Source of the DNA: an uncultured cyanobacterium
GTDB lineage: Bacteria > Cyanobacteriota > Cyanobacteriia > Cyanobacteriales > Nostocaceae
Length of the DNA: 64,000 bases
Assembly: GCA_963740315.1 (NCBI GenBank)
Contig: CAVUDP010000002.1
Coordinates: 1,408,001 to 1,472,000 of the forward strand
Direction: 5' to 3'
Shown here: positions 1 through 10,538 of the stretch, in pieces
Layout: every line of letters starts with the position of its first letter
Position numbering within the stretch: position 1 is the first letter of the stretch
The notes under the pieces: generated by a model
Database searches by the model: none
Told to the model about the DNA's origin: nothing
The model's input: only the letters and a program-made list of their open reading frames with translations
Position numbers and translations under genes: made by a program

Positions 1-102
1 ATCAATTTCAGTTCCATTATCACAAGATGTCATATCAGATGTCCTCTCAGAAAATACATTTTTCACAACTGTTAAACCTTGTGGTATATTACTTAATTCC
101 AT
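1..102 (-). CDS. Possible 5' part of a hypothetical protein running off the window edge (MELSNIPQGLTVVKNVFSERTSDMTSCDNGTEID...)
   Basis: ATG at 102 preceded by a GGAG-like RBS; frame open to position 1; no recognisable motif. Confidence 0.3.
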   Translation of the reverse strand, partial: MELSNIPQGLTVVKNVFSERTSDMTSCDNGTEID

Positions 103-213
103 TGCTCCAAACAAGCTAATAATTAAAGCTAGGGAGAGCGCAAAAAGCTTACGCATGGGTTATTTTTATCCAAACTTACACGGTAGAAAACTAAACTTTA
201 TTTTCAACAATAT

Positions 214-2115
214 TTAAACAGGGTAAGCATACTTTGAAACGAAAGCATCAACATCTTCAAAACTATTTGCTTTTGACCGATTTTCGGCATCTCCAGTAAT
301 GTAGATATTGCCAGTATCGTCAACAGTCATATCGTTAACATTTTCACTGTAAATGTTAAGTTTTTGAGTCCAAATTAAAGTTCCGTCGCTGCTGTACTTA
401 GCTACCCAACTATTTTGAGTTCCAGGATTACCTGCTTGTATAGTCCCTTGAGTTTCTACCGTAATGTAGACACTACCATCATCGCTGACTACAACATGAG
501 ATGGAAAATCATCACCAGTACCATCTTGCTGTTTCGACCAAAGCAATTTTCCGTTAATATCATACTTGGCTACTAAAGCATCATAATCTCCGGAATAAGT
601 TCCCTTAGAAGATTCGTAAGTAGTATATCCTGTAATATAAACATTGCCAGTAATATCAACATCTATATCGCGAATAATATCGAAGTCCAAAGTATCTAAA
701 CCTTGAAAAGAAAGTTTTTTTCCAGATGAATTATATTTAGTTATCCACGCACTTTCGATAAAACTTTCCCCGAAAAAGTTATCAAAATAACCAGCGACAT
801 AAATGTTACCAGCCCCATCTGCTTCTACCGTAGTACTTTCGGCATAAGCATTCAGTTTTGTTTTCCACTGTTCCTCTCCATCACTAGAATGTTTTGATAC
901 CCAGGTATTAGGAATTGCTCCTACTGTTTGAATGTCATCAACAACTCCTGTCATATAAACATTATTAGTACTGTCAACAGCAATGCTATATGAATATTCA
1001 TTTTCAGCAATATAATCTACTAAATCTGTCCATAATAAATTACCGTTACTGTCGTATTTAGCTATCAAAGCATTGTAATCATTCCAACCATTATCAATTC
1101 CGCCTAACCAAGTTTCTTCACTGTGTCCCGTAATGTAGGCATTGCCAGTGTTATCTACAGCAACATTATAAGAAAAGTCATCAGCAGCAGTACCCAACTG
1201 TGTTTTCCATAATTGATTACCACTACTGTCATACTTCGCTAACCAAGTATCGTAATATCCAGCATTATCTCCTCCCAAGGAACCGTCGGTGAATCCCGTA
1301 ATATAGACATTCCCAGCACCATCTACAGCAATACCGTTGGAGAAGTCATCACCTTCAGTACCTAATTGTTGAATCCACGGTTCTGTATTTGGTTCTTCCG
1401 GTTCTCCTCCTAACGTAGTCGCCGATACACTCAAGCTATAACTGGTATTGATGTTATGTCCCTAACTCGGATTAACGTGGATATAGTAATCCCCTGGAAG
1501 TATAGTCCCGCTAATTGATTCTGTCTCTGTACCGAAATTATAAGAACCGATAATTGTATCACCATTACTGTTGAGCAACCGCACGTTGGCATCATCCGAC
1601 AAACCGTTCAGGTTAAGAACAAAATTACTAGTACTACCAAGGCTGAAGCGATAGTAGTCATTAGTGTCAGTGTTACCTACCCAATCTTTAAATGTGCGTG
1701 TAGTTCCATTCCCATCTAAGGTAATTTGACGTGCATCATCAAGAGTATTTCCCGCAAAGTCCAATGCAGTCGCCGATACACTCAAGTTATAACTGGTATT
1801 GATGTTATGTCCCCAACTCGGATTAACGTGGATATAGTAATCCCCTGGAAGTATAGTCCCGCTAATTGATTCTGTCTCTGTACCGAAATTATAAGAACCG
1901 ATAATTGTATCACCATTACTGTTGAGCAACCGCACGTTGGCATCATCGGACAAGCCATTCAGTTCAAGATTAAAATCGCTATTACTACTAATAGTCAGAC
2001 GATAGTAGTCGTCGGTATCAGTGTTACTTACCCAATCCGTAAATATTTGCGTAGTGGAAGTAATATTAAACTTCTTAGCATCATCTAATGTGTTGCCTGC
2101 TCCATCAAAAGTCAT
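214..2115 (-). pseudogene. PPC-repeat plus SBBP beta-propeller protein interrupted by an in-frame TAG at 1462-1464
   Basis: ORFs 1462..2139 (two PPC-like repeats, D.DYYR.../LNGLSDDANVRLL) and 214..1434 (SBBP-like IAVD..GNVYITG repeats) are in the same frame; repeat 1 reads PS-W-GHNINTSY where repeat 2 reads PS-*-GHNINTSY. Confidence 0.85.
1421..1948. repeat. Near-identical internal duplication (about 1421-1597 vs 1772-1948, offset 351 bp = 117 codons)
   Basis: gccgatacactcaag...gcacgttggcatcatc occurs twice with few mismatches. Confidence 0.9.
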
Positions 2116-2639
2116 AAATATTCCTATGGTAAAATACACCCTTAAAACCTTTATTCATCAAAGGCTTCAGAACAAAAAATTCATTTGAAAGTAATTCAAT
2201 AATGCTTTTTATTTTGCAAAATTAAAATAAAGTAACTGTAAAAATTACAACAATGTTTTTCAGGGAATATTCTTACGTAAAAATTACATTCCAGACAAAA
2301 CGTATCGATTAATACTTACAATTTAGTACTTGTAAATGTATACGTAGATATCAAAATAGTAGATAATTGATTTATGACAATTAATGCTGAATTTCAGAAG
2401 CTATGCGGAACATTGGATTCATAAAAGTGGATACCCACTGTTGTCGGAACCTACAAGCTTCCGAAAAAGGTAAGGAATCTCCGCTTTAATATGTATGATT
2501 ATCTACTTTGAATATTAGTGTTTTTATTGTTAAAATTGTCCGGATTTTTTTAGCTTTTTTATCGCTCAAGCAGGTTCAGTATTCAACTGAACCTTATCTA
2601 TGGCATGATTATATAGACTTTGCCAGCAGCGAAAGAATT

Positions 2640-4163
2640 ATGATGCAGAATAGGGGGAATACGAATCAACCAGGTTATATTCTGGCTTTGGATTTAGGTA
2701 CTACTGGAAATCGTGCTTTTGTGTTTGATGCCAACAGTCAAGTTGTCGGACAAGCATACCTCGAACTCAAACAGTATTATCCCCAACCGGGATGGTTGGA
2801 ACATGATGCGTCCGAAATCTGGGAAGCGACGATTTGGGTAATGCAAACTGCGATCGAAAAGGCGAAAATCTCCCCCTCGCAAATAGCTGCTATTGGCTTA
2901 ACCGTTCAGCGAGAAACTTGTTTGTTGTGGGATAAAAACACCGGACAACCTTTGCATAAAGCTATTGTATGGCAAGACCGCCGCACTGCTCCTGCTTGCA
3001 ATGAATTACAAAATCAAGGTTGGGGAGAGGAGATTTATCAACGTACTGGCTTAGTTATTGATGCTTATTTTTCTGCGACTAAGCTTTCGTGGTTGTTAAA
3101 TCGTGTTGCGGGAGTTGACTTAGATAACGTTTTAGCTGGCACGATCGATACTTGGGTGCTGTGGAATCTTACAGGTAGAAAGGTTCATGCAACAGAACAC
3201 AGCAACGCCAGTCGGACAATGTTGATGAATTTGGATGGCGATTGGGATGAAACCCTATTAAATTTATTTCAAATTCCTCGTCATATCTTACCGCAGATTC
3301 AGCCCAGCTTCAGTCAATTTGGAGTTACCGATAAAGCTTTGCTGGGAGTTGAAATTCCCATTACAGCGGTTTTAGGCGACCAACAAGCATCTTTATTCGG
3401 TCATGGTTGCAATCGTCCCGGTTTAATGAAATGCACCTATGGTACAGGTAGCTTTTTGGTTGCTCACACTGGCTCGGAAATAGTGCGATCGCAAAGACAG
3501 CTTTTAAGTACGGTGGCTTGGACTCAAGTAAATCAAAACGGCTCTCTAGATATCAGCTACGCCCTTGAAGGCAGTATGTTTACTAGTGGCGCTTGTATTC
3601 AATGGTTGCGCGATGGTATCCAGGTAATTGAAACAGCTGCTGAAACTGAATTAATGGCAAGTCAGGTAGAGGACAATGGCGGAGTATACTTTGTACCTGC
3701 ATTCAGTGGATTAGGCGCACCTCACTGGGATATGAATGCTAGAGGTACTTTTTTAGGTATTACCGCCGGAGTCATGCGAGAACATTTAGTACGTTCGGTT
3801 TTAGAAGCGATCGCTTATCAAGTCAAAGAAGTAGTAGAAGCGATTAATGCATCTAGCGATACGAATATCGGCAAGTTAGTTGTAGATGGTGGTGCTTCTA
3901 ACAATAACTTTTTAATGCAATTTCAAGCAGACTTGTTAGGAATTCCCGTCGAACAACCAGCGATGCGAGATACTACGGTACAAGGTATTGCATTTGCCGC
4001 TGGTTTAACAATTGGTTTCTGGAATAATTATTCGGAATTGATCCGCCAAAGAAAAATAGAAAAAGTATTTGAGCCGAATTTTGATTCTAATAATATTCAA
4101 GATAATTATGCTACTTGGCTGCGTGCTGTTGAACGAGGTAAGCATTGGGTGGAAGACAGTTAG
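2640..4163 (+). CDS. glpK: Glycerol kinase
   Basis: LALDLGTTGNRA, AIVWQDRRT, DAYFSATK, GDQQASLFG and KCTYGTG motifs; start reassigned from TTG 2508 to ATG 2640. Confidence 0.97.
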   Translation: MMQNRGNTNQPGYILALDLGTTGNRAFVFDANSQVVGQAYLELKQYYPQPGWLEHDASEIWEATIWVMQTAIEKAKISPSQIAAIGLTVQRETCLLWDKNTGQPLHKAIVWQDRRTAPACNELQNQGWGEEIYQRTGLVIDAYFSATKLSWLLNRVAGVDLDNVLAGTIDTWVLWNLTGRKVHATEHSNASRTMLMNLDGDWDETLLNLFQIPRHILPQIQPSFSQFGVTDKALLGVEIPITAVLGDQQASLFGHGCNRPGLMKCTYGTGSFLVAHTGSEIVRSQRQLLSTVAWTQVNQNGSLDISYALEGSMFTSGACIQWLRDGIQVIETAAETELMASQVEDNGGVYFVPAFSGLGAPHWDMNARGTFLGITAGVMREHLVRSVLEAIAYQVKEVVEAINASSDTNIGKLVVDGGASNNNFLMQFQADLLGIPVEQPAMRDTTVQGIAFAAGLTIGFWNNYSELIRQRKIEKVFEPNFDSNNIQDNYATWLRAVERGKHWVEDS

Positions 4164-4203
4164 CAGTTAGCAGTGAACAGTGAACAGTGAACAGTGAACA
4201 GTT
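4161..4203. repeat. STRR-type heptamer tandem (CAGTTAG/CAGTGAA)
   Basis: agcagttagcagtgaacagtgaacagtgaacagtgaacag. Confidence 0.85.
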
Positions 4204-4336
4204 ATCAAGTTGTTATTTCCAATTAACACTATAGTTCGTAGTAAGGAATTTATTCCTTTTTTGAAGCCTGATTACCAAATGCAATGCGATCGTCAATTTC
4301 TGGGAAACATAATATTATCATCAAGATAAGAACATT

Positions 4337-5542
4337 ATGTCAGAAAATCAACCCAGGGAATTCGATGCAGTTTTAGGTGGAAGTACATCACCTATATTTA
4401 CTAGTGCTGTGTTGGGAGGAATTGAAGGAGTTAAGCGACGGTTACAAAGTAAAAATGTGGATGTAATATTTGATGCTTTATGGGATGCTTTGAATTATGG
4501 CGAAGCAGGATTAGATTTGATTGCTCAAGCATTACATAATTATTACGGGAAAGTATCTCGTTATGCTGAATTATTGCTGAGAGAAAGAGGAGGTGAAACA
4601 GGTAAAAAAGCTTTGTTAGATTATAATCCGTGGAAATATTTGACAACGATTGAAAATTGGCAAACACGAAAATATAAACCTGAAATAGGCATTGTATTTC
4701 CTTTTGGAAAAGCTTACGTTATTACAAATAAGAATCAATTTAAAGCCTTAATCCAAGATCCTTTAGTTAAAGGAGTAGAAGCACTCAAATTTGATATAGT
4801 TGACCATAACTTATATCGTCGCAAACATTTACAAGAATTTTTACAAGAAATTGTAGAAGCATCATATTTATTCCCTAACCTCAAAGGATTATTTATTGGT
4901 TCTCCTTCAGATAAGTACAGCCACGTTTACATACACAATATTTATCCGATTTTAAAAGCTTTTCCGAATTTAGAATTTTTACAGCTTCGCGGTAATGTTG
5001 ATAATGATAATTTTTTTAAATCTAATATAGAAATATTAGAAGTACGCAATCCTGTTGATTATTCTTTTGTGAAAACTAAGCCATTAGAACTTAGTTTCTT
5101 GAAAACCTTAATTATTCAAGTTGATAATTTATCAAAAGATAATTTCGCTAAAATTTGCAACCTGAATTTACCAGCTTTGGAATATTTTGAATTAAACATT
5201 GATTTCAATATAGATTTTGAGGATATAATTTCTATTGTTTTAGGTAAACCATTTTCTAACTTAATATATTTAGGGATAAATCGATATGGTGATTTAATTC
5301 TTGAATATTTAAATCAATCTCCATTGATGGAAAGCTTAAAAATATTAGATTTATCAGAAGCTAGGTTAACTAGTTTAGAAAATATTGATTTGAGCGAATC
5401 TTCTATACTTAATCGTTTAAATACTCTTAATGTTTCGCGAAATGGATTACGTAGTAGCATGATTGACCAATTATCAAAACTCAAATGTCGAGTGATTACT
5501 GACTACCAAGATTTGGGTCTTTACGATGTATGTATTGAATAA
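4337..5542 (+). CDS. Leucine-rich repeat protein (STM4015-like) with the cyanobacterial N-terminal QPREFDAVLGG...AVLGGIEGVKRRL module
   Basis: LRR-like LxxLxL motifs (FPNLKGLFIG, FPNLEFLQLRG, LKILDLS, LNTLNVSRNGL). Confidence 0.75.
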   Translation: MSENQPREFDAVLGGSTSPIFTSAVLGGIEGVKRRLQSKNVDVIFDALWDALNYGEAGLDLIAQALHNYYGKVSRYAELLLRERGGETGKKALLDYNPWKYLTTIENWQTRKYKPEIGIVFPFGKAYVITNKNQFKALIQDPLVKGVEALKFDIVDHNLYRRKHLQEFLQEIVEASYLFPNLKGLFIGSPSDKYSHVYIHNIYPILKAFPNLEFLQLRGNVDNDNFFKSNIEILEVRNPVDYSFVKTKPLELSFLKTLIIQVDNLSKDNFAKICNLNLPALEYFELNIDFNIDFEDIISIVLGKPFSNLIYLGINRYGDLILEYLNQSPLMESLKILDLSEARLTSLENIDLSESSILNRLNTLNVSRNGLRSSMIDQLSKLKCRVITDYQDLGLYDVCIE

Positions 5543-5582
5543 ATATGAATTAAAACTACTTAATTAGTTTTGCTGGGTTTGC

Positions 5583-5606
5583 GTAGTGCGAGCATCTTGC
5601 TCGCTA
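5583..5606 (+). repeat. GTAG-REP-like palindrome GTAGTGCGAGCATCTTGCTCGCTA (identical copies at 33020-33043 on the minus strand and 55673-55696)
   Basis: Three identical 24-mers forming a GCGAGCA/TGCTCGC hairpin. Confidence 0.9.
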
Positions 5607-5614
5607 GCGCTCCT

Positions 5615-5688
5615 CAATTATCAAAACTTAAATGTAGAGTCATTGCTTGTAACCAAGATTATAGCTTATACGATATATGTATTGAATA
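5615..5688 (+). pseudogene. Diverged copy of the last ~24 codons of the upstream LRR gene
   Basis: QLSKLKCRVIACNQDYSLYDICIE* vs gene end QLSKLKCRVITDYQDLGLYDVCIE*. Confidence 0.8.
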
Positions 5689-6070
5689 AATATTAATTAA
5701 ACAGAAAATACGCAATTTTTACTATACGTTTTGGTGCGTGACACTATAAACATTGTTGTTATTTTTTTCAAAATCCTTAAAAATGTCACACACCCTACAA
5801 GAAAAAAATTATAAACGCTAATCACCACATCAAAATTACGGCTTTCGCAACTCTTTTTATTTTTTAAAAATTGATTTTCCTGATATAATCCGTTTTGAAA
5901 AAAAGAAATAATTATGTAGTCTTTCAGTGATTTGGGAATGCTGAAAAACAGCAACATCTGCTACAAAAAATTTATTCGAGAATATAAAGTTTTTGACAAC
6001 TTTACAAAAGTTTTTATGAGAAAAATAAAGAAAGCAAAGTGAACTAATTATTATCCTCGGATTTCTATAT

Positions 6071-7789
6071 ATGGTAGCGCTCAACGAGAACGCACAAAAA
6101 CGACTTACTATACAAACTGTTGAAATTGCTCCTGACACAACGGCGATTCGCTGTCTCGACTGGGATCGCGATCGCTTCGATATTGAGTTTGGGTTGCAAA
6201 ATGGTACAACTTACAATTCTTATCTGATTCGGGGCGAGCGTACAGTTTTAGTTGATACGTCTCATACCAAGTTTAGAGAACAATATTTAGAAACTCTCAA
6301 GAGCTTGGTTAATCCCAAGGAGATTGATTATATAATTGTCAACCACACCGAACCAGATCACAGTGGCTTGGTGGAAGATGTTCTGCAAATTGCTCCTAGA
6401 GCGACTGTAATAGCATCTAAGGTGGCGTTGCAGTTTTTGGATAACTTGGTACACGATCCGTTTTCTAAGCGAATTGTGAAGACTGGCGACACGGTAGATT
6501 TGGGTAACGGACACGAAATTGAATTCGTCAGTGCGCCTAATTTACACTGGCCCGATACTATTTTCAGTTTCGACAAGAAAACCCAAACCTTGTTTACTTG
6601 TGACGCTTTTGGTATGCACTATTGCAGTGATGATACCTTTGATGTCAACTTAGCGGCAATTGAACCTGATTTCAAGTTTTACTACGATTGTTTGATGGGA
6701 CCCAATGCTCGCTCTTTATTGAATGCAATGAAGAGAATGAACGATTTGGGCAAAATTAAAATTATTGCCAACGGTCACGGACCATTACTTTACCACAACC
6801 TGGATACTCTAAGAGAGTGTTACCAGAGTTGGAGCCAAAAACAAGCCAAAACCGAAACAATCATTGGTTTGTATTACGTTTCAGAATATGGATATAGCGA
6901 TCGCCTAGCGCAATCAATCGGGCACGGTATCCAAAAAACTGGTGTTGGTGTGGAGATGTTGGATTTAACTAACATCGATCTCCAGGAAATCCAAGAGTTA
7001 GCAGGTAGAGCGGCAGGTATCATCATTGGTATGCCTCCTTCTTCTAACGCTGCGGCACAAGCTGCGATCAGTTCTTTGCTTGCAGTAATTAAAAATAAGC
7101 AAGTCATCGGACTGTATGAATCTTACGGTGGAGATGACGAACCCATCGACACATTGCGGAGAAAATTCCTCGAACATGGCGTAAGAGAAGGTTTCCCAGC
7201 AATCCGCATCAAAGAAGATCCTAACAACGAAACATTTAGAACTGCCGACGATGCTGGTAGTGAAATGGGACAGTTGTTGGTACGCGAACGCAACATCAAG
7301 CATCTGAAGTCAATCGATGCAGATTTAGAAAAAGCACTAGGTCGGATTAGCAACGGACTTTATGTTGTTACCACCAAAAAAGGTGACGTAAAAGGTGCAA
7401 TGGTTGCTTCCTGGATTGCTCAAGCAAGTTTACAGCCTTTAGGATTTACCGTAGCTGTTGGTAAAGAGCGAGGAATAGAGTCTTCGTTACAGATAGGCGA
7501 TAAGTTCGTGCTTAACGTGCTTGAAGAAGGAAACTATCAAGAACTCAAAAAGCAATTCCTCAAGCGCTTACTTCCTGGTGTTGACCGATTTGAGGGAGTG
7601 AAAACTCAAACAGCCAAAAACGGTAGCCCGATTCTTGCAGATGCCTTGGCATACATGGAATGCGAAGTCAAGACCAGCATGGAATGTAGCGACCACTGGC
7701 TGTTGTACTGTACTGTTTCCGAAGGTCGTATTTCCGACCCAGATGGAATCACAGCAGTTCGCCATCGTAAAGTTGGAACCTACTATTAA
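6071..7789 (+). CDS. flv3B: Flavodiiron protein, Flv3-type (likely heterocyst Flv3B)
   Basis: Beta-lactamase-like diiron motif HTEPDH, CDAFGMH, GHGP, then flavodoxin and flavin reductase domains; immediately upstream of an Flv1-type gene. Confidence 0.85.
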   Translation: MVALNENAQKRLTIQTVEIAPDTTAIRCLDWDRDRFDIEFGLQNGTTYNSYLIRGERTVLVDTSHTKFREQYLETLKSLVNPKEIDYIIVNHTEPDHSGLVEDVLQIAPRATVIASKVALQFLDNLVHDPFSKRIVKTGDTVDLGNGHEIEFVSAPNLHWPDTIFSFDKKTQTLFTCDAFGMHYCSDDTFDVNLAAIEPDFKFYYDCLMGPNARSLLNAMKRMNDLGKIKIIANGHGPLLYHNLDTLRECYQSWSQKQAKTETIIGLYYVSEYGYSDRLAQSIGHGIQKTGVGVEMLDLTNIDLQEIQELAGRAAGIIIGMPPSSNAAAQAAISSLLAVIKNKQVIGLYESYGGDDEPIDTLRRKFLEHGVREGFPAIRIKEDPNNETFRTADDAGSEMGQLLVRERNIKHLKSIDADLEKALGRISNGLYVVTTKKGDVKGAMVASWIAQASLQPLGFTVAVGKERGIESSLQIGDKFVLNVLEEGNYQELKKQFLKRLLPGVDRFEGVKTQTAKNGSPILADALAYMECEVKTSMECSDHWLLYCTVSEGRISDPDGITAVRHRKVGTYY

Positions 7790-7807
7790 TTCGTAATTTG
7801 CAATTAG

Positions 7808-7860
7808 TTTGTAGTAAGGACTAAAGTCCTAAATCCGAGGACTAAAGTCCTTACTACGAA
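7808..7860. repeat. Inverted GTAG-REP doublet (GTAGTAAGGACTAAAGTCCT...AGGACTAAAGTCCTTACTAC); relatives at about 4234-4257 and 44998-45052
   Basis: Direct sequence comparison. Confidence 0.85.
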
Positions 7861-7961
7861 CCTTGATTACCTCGTCTCTTTTTAAATTCCATAGCGGCAT
7901 CTACATTCTTTTTTTTTGATAATTCAAACCATTCTTAATCCTTTATTTTTCCACCGATATT

Positions 7962-9671
7962 ATGAGCAATACCAATCCCCGCGATATGCAGATTGCACCG
8001 ATTGCGACCGATACTAGGTTGATTAAAGCTCGCAGTTGGACGCGCTTACGATTTGAAATTGAATACGCATTGGCTAAGGGTAGTACTTCTAATTGCTATT
8101 TAATTGAAGGTGATAAAACTGCAATTATCGATCCGCCTCCGGAAACTTTTACCTCTATTTATATGGAGGCGTTGCAGAGTATTTTAGATTTGCAAGATTT
8201 AGATTATGTGATTATCGGACATTTTAATCCCAACCGCGTCGCTACTTTCAAAGCTCTTTTAGAGCGGGCACCACAATTAACTTTTGTCTCTTCGGTTCCT
8301 GGTGCTGCTAATTTGCGTCATGCTTTTGGCGAAAAGGTGAAAGTGATGGAGATGCGGGGTAAAGAAACTCTTGATTTGGGTAAGGGACACGTTTTAAAAG
8401 GTATCCCCATTCCTAGCCCCCGCTGGCCGAGCGGACTTGCTACTTACGACCAACAAACACAAGTTCTCTACTCGAATAAACTATTTGGCGCTCATGTCTG
8501 CGGTGAGGAAGTATTTGATGAAGACTGGGATATTTTAAAGGAAGATCAGCGCTATTATTTTGACTGCTTGATGGCTCCTCACGCACCTCATGTAAAAGCG
8601 GCTCTGGAAAAAATTTCCGAAATACCAGCGAGAATGTATGCTACGGTTCACGGACCTTTGGTACGTTATGGTTTGATTGAACTTAACAAAGCTTATCAAC
8701 ATTGGAGCGTTTCACAAACCGAACGCGAAGTTACCGTTGCCTTACTTTACGCTTCAGCATACGGCAATACTTCAACTTTAGCTCAAGCTTTTGGTTTGGG
8801 TTTAACTAAAGGTGGGGTAGCTGTTGAGTCTATCAACTGCGAATTCGCCGATCCAGATGACATTCGCACTGCGATTGAAAAGTCGGATGGGTTTATTATT
8901 GGTTCACCTACTATCGGTGGTAACGCACCTACCCCAATTCACACTGCTTTGGGTATTGTCCTTTCCGTTGGCGACACTGGTAAACTCGCGGGAGTATTTG
9001 GTTCTTACGGTTGGAGTGGCGAAGCATTCGATTTAATTGAAGGTAAATTAAAGGATGCAGGATTTAAGTTTGGTTTCGGCACCTTTAAAGCTAGATTTAA
9101 ACCATCCGATAAAACCCTCAAGGAATGTGAAGAAACAGCAACAGATTTTGCTCAAACCTTAAGAAAAGCCCGCAAACTACGTTTACCTCAACCCACTGCA
9201 AATCCAATGGAACAAGCCGTGGGACGTATCGTTGGTTCCGTTTGCGTACTCACTGCTAAACAAGGAGAAGTTTCCACTGGAATGTTAGGTTCCTGGGTAT
9301 CGCAAGCTACCTTCGATCCACCGGGAATTAGTTTGGCGATCGCTAAAGATAGAGCGGTTGAAACGCTGCTGTATCCCGGCAGCAAGTTTATCTTGAACGT
9401 TGTCGGTGAAGGCAATCAACAAGATTACGTCAAGCACTTCCGTAAAACTTTTGCTCCCGGTGAAGACCGTTTTTCCAACTTCCCCACAGCACCAGCAGAT
9501 AATGGCGGTATCATCCTCACCGATGCTATAGCCTACTTAGAATGTTCTGCAAGCAAACGGATGGAATGCGGCGACCATTGGGTGATATATGCAACCGTTG
9601 ATAACGGTAAATTACTGGAAGCGGATACGGTAACTGCTATACACCGTCGTAAAGCAGGAAATCATTATTAA
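7962..9671 (+). CDS. flv1B: Flavodiiron protein, Flv1-type with non-canonical ligands (likely Flv1B)
   Basis: RLRFEIEYALAKG; GHFNPNR replaces HxExDH; flavodoxin YASAYGNT and GSYGWSGEA; C-terminal flavin reductase. Confidence 0.85.
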   Translation: MSNTNPRDMQIAPIATDTRLIKARSWTRLRFEIEYALAKGSTSNCYLIEGDKTAIIDPPPETFTSIYMEALQSILDLQDLDYVIIGHFNPNRVATFKALLERAPQLTFVSSVPGAANLRHAFGEKVKVMEMRGKETLDLGKGHVLKGIPIPSPRWPSGLATYDQQTQVLYSNKLFGAHVCGEEVFDEDWDILKEDQRYYFDCLMAPHAPHVKAALEKISEIPARMYATVHGPLVRYGLIELNKAYQHWSVSQTEREVTVALLYASAYGNTSTLAQAFGLGLTKGGVAVESINCEFADPDDIRTAIEKSDGFIIGSPTIGGNAPTPIHTALGIVLSVGDTGKLAGVFGSYGWSGEAFDLIEGKLKDAGFKFGFGTFKARFKPSDKTLKECEETATDFAQTLRKARKLRLPQPTANPMEQAVGRIVGSVCVLTAKQGEVSTGMLGSWVSQATFDPPGISLAIAKDRAVETLLYPGSKFILNVVGEGNQQDYVKHFRKTFAPGEDRFSNFPTAPADNGGIILTDAIAYLECSASKRMECGDHWVIYATVDNGKLLEADTVTAIHRRKAGNHY

Positions 9672-9714
9672 CAGTTAGGAGTTCCTAACTCCCCCTCTCC
9701 TTGTCCCCTTGTCT

Positions 9715-9803
9715 CCCCCGCTCGCCGCACGCGACCTGGGAACGGGTTGCGCCACTTCTCTCGTACTGCGGGAGACGACCCACGAGAGTGGCTTACCATC
9801 TCC
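9715..9803 (-). repeat. Composite dispersed repeat, copy 1 (GATGGTAAGCC...GAGAAGTGGCGCAACCCGTT...GCGTGCGGCGAGCGGGGG)
   Basis: Shares three blocks with the copies at 32817-32953 and 39706-39875. Confidence 0.85.
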
Positions 9804-9809
9804 TTATTT

Positions 9810-9845
9810 CACCCCTCTTCTGATTTCAGGAGAGGGTGCTTTTAT
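9810..9845 (+). terminator. Likely intrinsic terminator of the flv pair
   Basis: CACCCCTCTTCTGA/TCAGGAGAGGGTG hairpin followed by a T-run. Confidence 0.55.
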
Positions 9846-10168
9846 TGGGCAATGGTTTATAAATTAATCCGGACAATACCACACCATACATTGTATGAAC
9901 TGTTAACTGTTCCCCGTTTGCTGTTCCCTATTTCCAGTTAACTGCATTACTATATGTTGCTGAATATACATCTGAGTATTTTCTGACATTCGCTTTTGGG
10001 TATGGAACTTTTATCATATGTAAAGGTCTTGCAAGTGGGGACGCGGGCTTCTCCATGTTTCCGCAATTGTTCGCAGGTCAACTGTATACAGATTGTGTAA
10101 GGTTTAACTATTAAATAAGTAGTAGCATTTCTAAAAAATGCCTGCTGCTAAGACAACGGTTTAAATTA

Positions 10169-10366
10169 TTGGCTCTTGTTATGAATCCAGAAAAAAACAA
10201 AAACAAACTGAAGTTCCCTTTTTGGCAGTATCTCAACCAACCCCTGTTTAATGAAAAACTTATATTAAATCCCCATACCTTCGCGTATGTCTATAGAATA
10301 GAGCTTTTAGAGCGCTGCTGGGGCAGAGAATGCGATGCTAAGGGGCAATCCAAAGGCGGTGGATAA
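10169..10366 (+). CDS. Small conserved cyanobacterial hypothetical protein
   Basis: KFPFWQYLNQPLF...LNP..F...RIELLERC pattern that I recall from Nostocales small proteins; ATG at 10181 is an alternative start. Confidence 0.6.
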   Translation: MALVMNPEKNKNKLKFPFWQYLNQPLFNEKLILNPHTFAYVYRIELLERCWGRECDAKGQSKGGG

Positions 10367-10508
10367 GCTAATTACGTCTTCTTACAGTGGCTTCATAGCG
10401 GTTCGAAGAAGATTTATGAGTTACGACTTAACAAACTTTTATTTGAATGGGCTAATTTTTGTTTTTGGGTTTCCGACATTTTAATTTTACAAAAAGCCTT
10501 ATATAAAT

Positions 10509-10538
10509 GCCTCATCCCTGGGATGGGGCTTTTTTTTT
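10509..10538 (+). terminator. Intrinsic terminator
   Basis: GCCTCATCC-CTG-GGATGGGGC followed by a T9 run. Confidence 0.75.

Noticed and set aside
5467..5690. Diversity-generating retroelement VR/TR pair
   Set aside because: Mismatches are not restricted to adenines of either copy, and no reverse transcriptase is present
9868..9897. Heterocyst DIF1-type promoter (TCCGGA)
   Set aside because: Spacing and -10 element fit poorly, and a hexamer match is expected by chance
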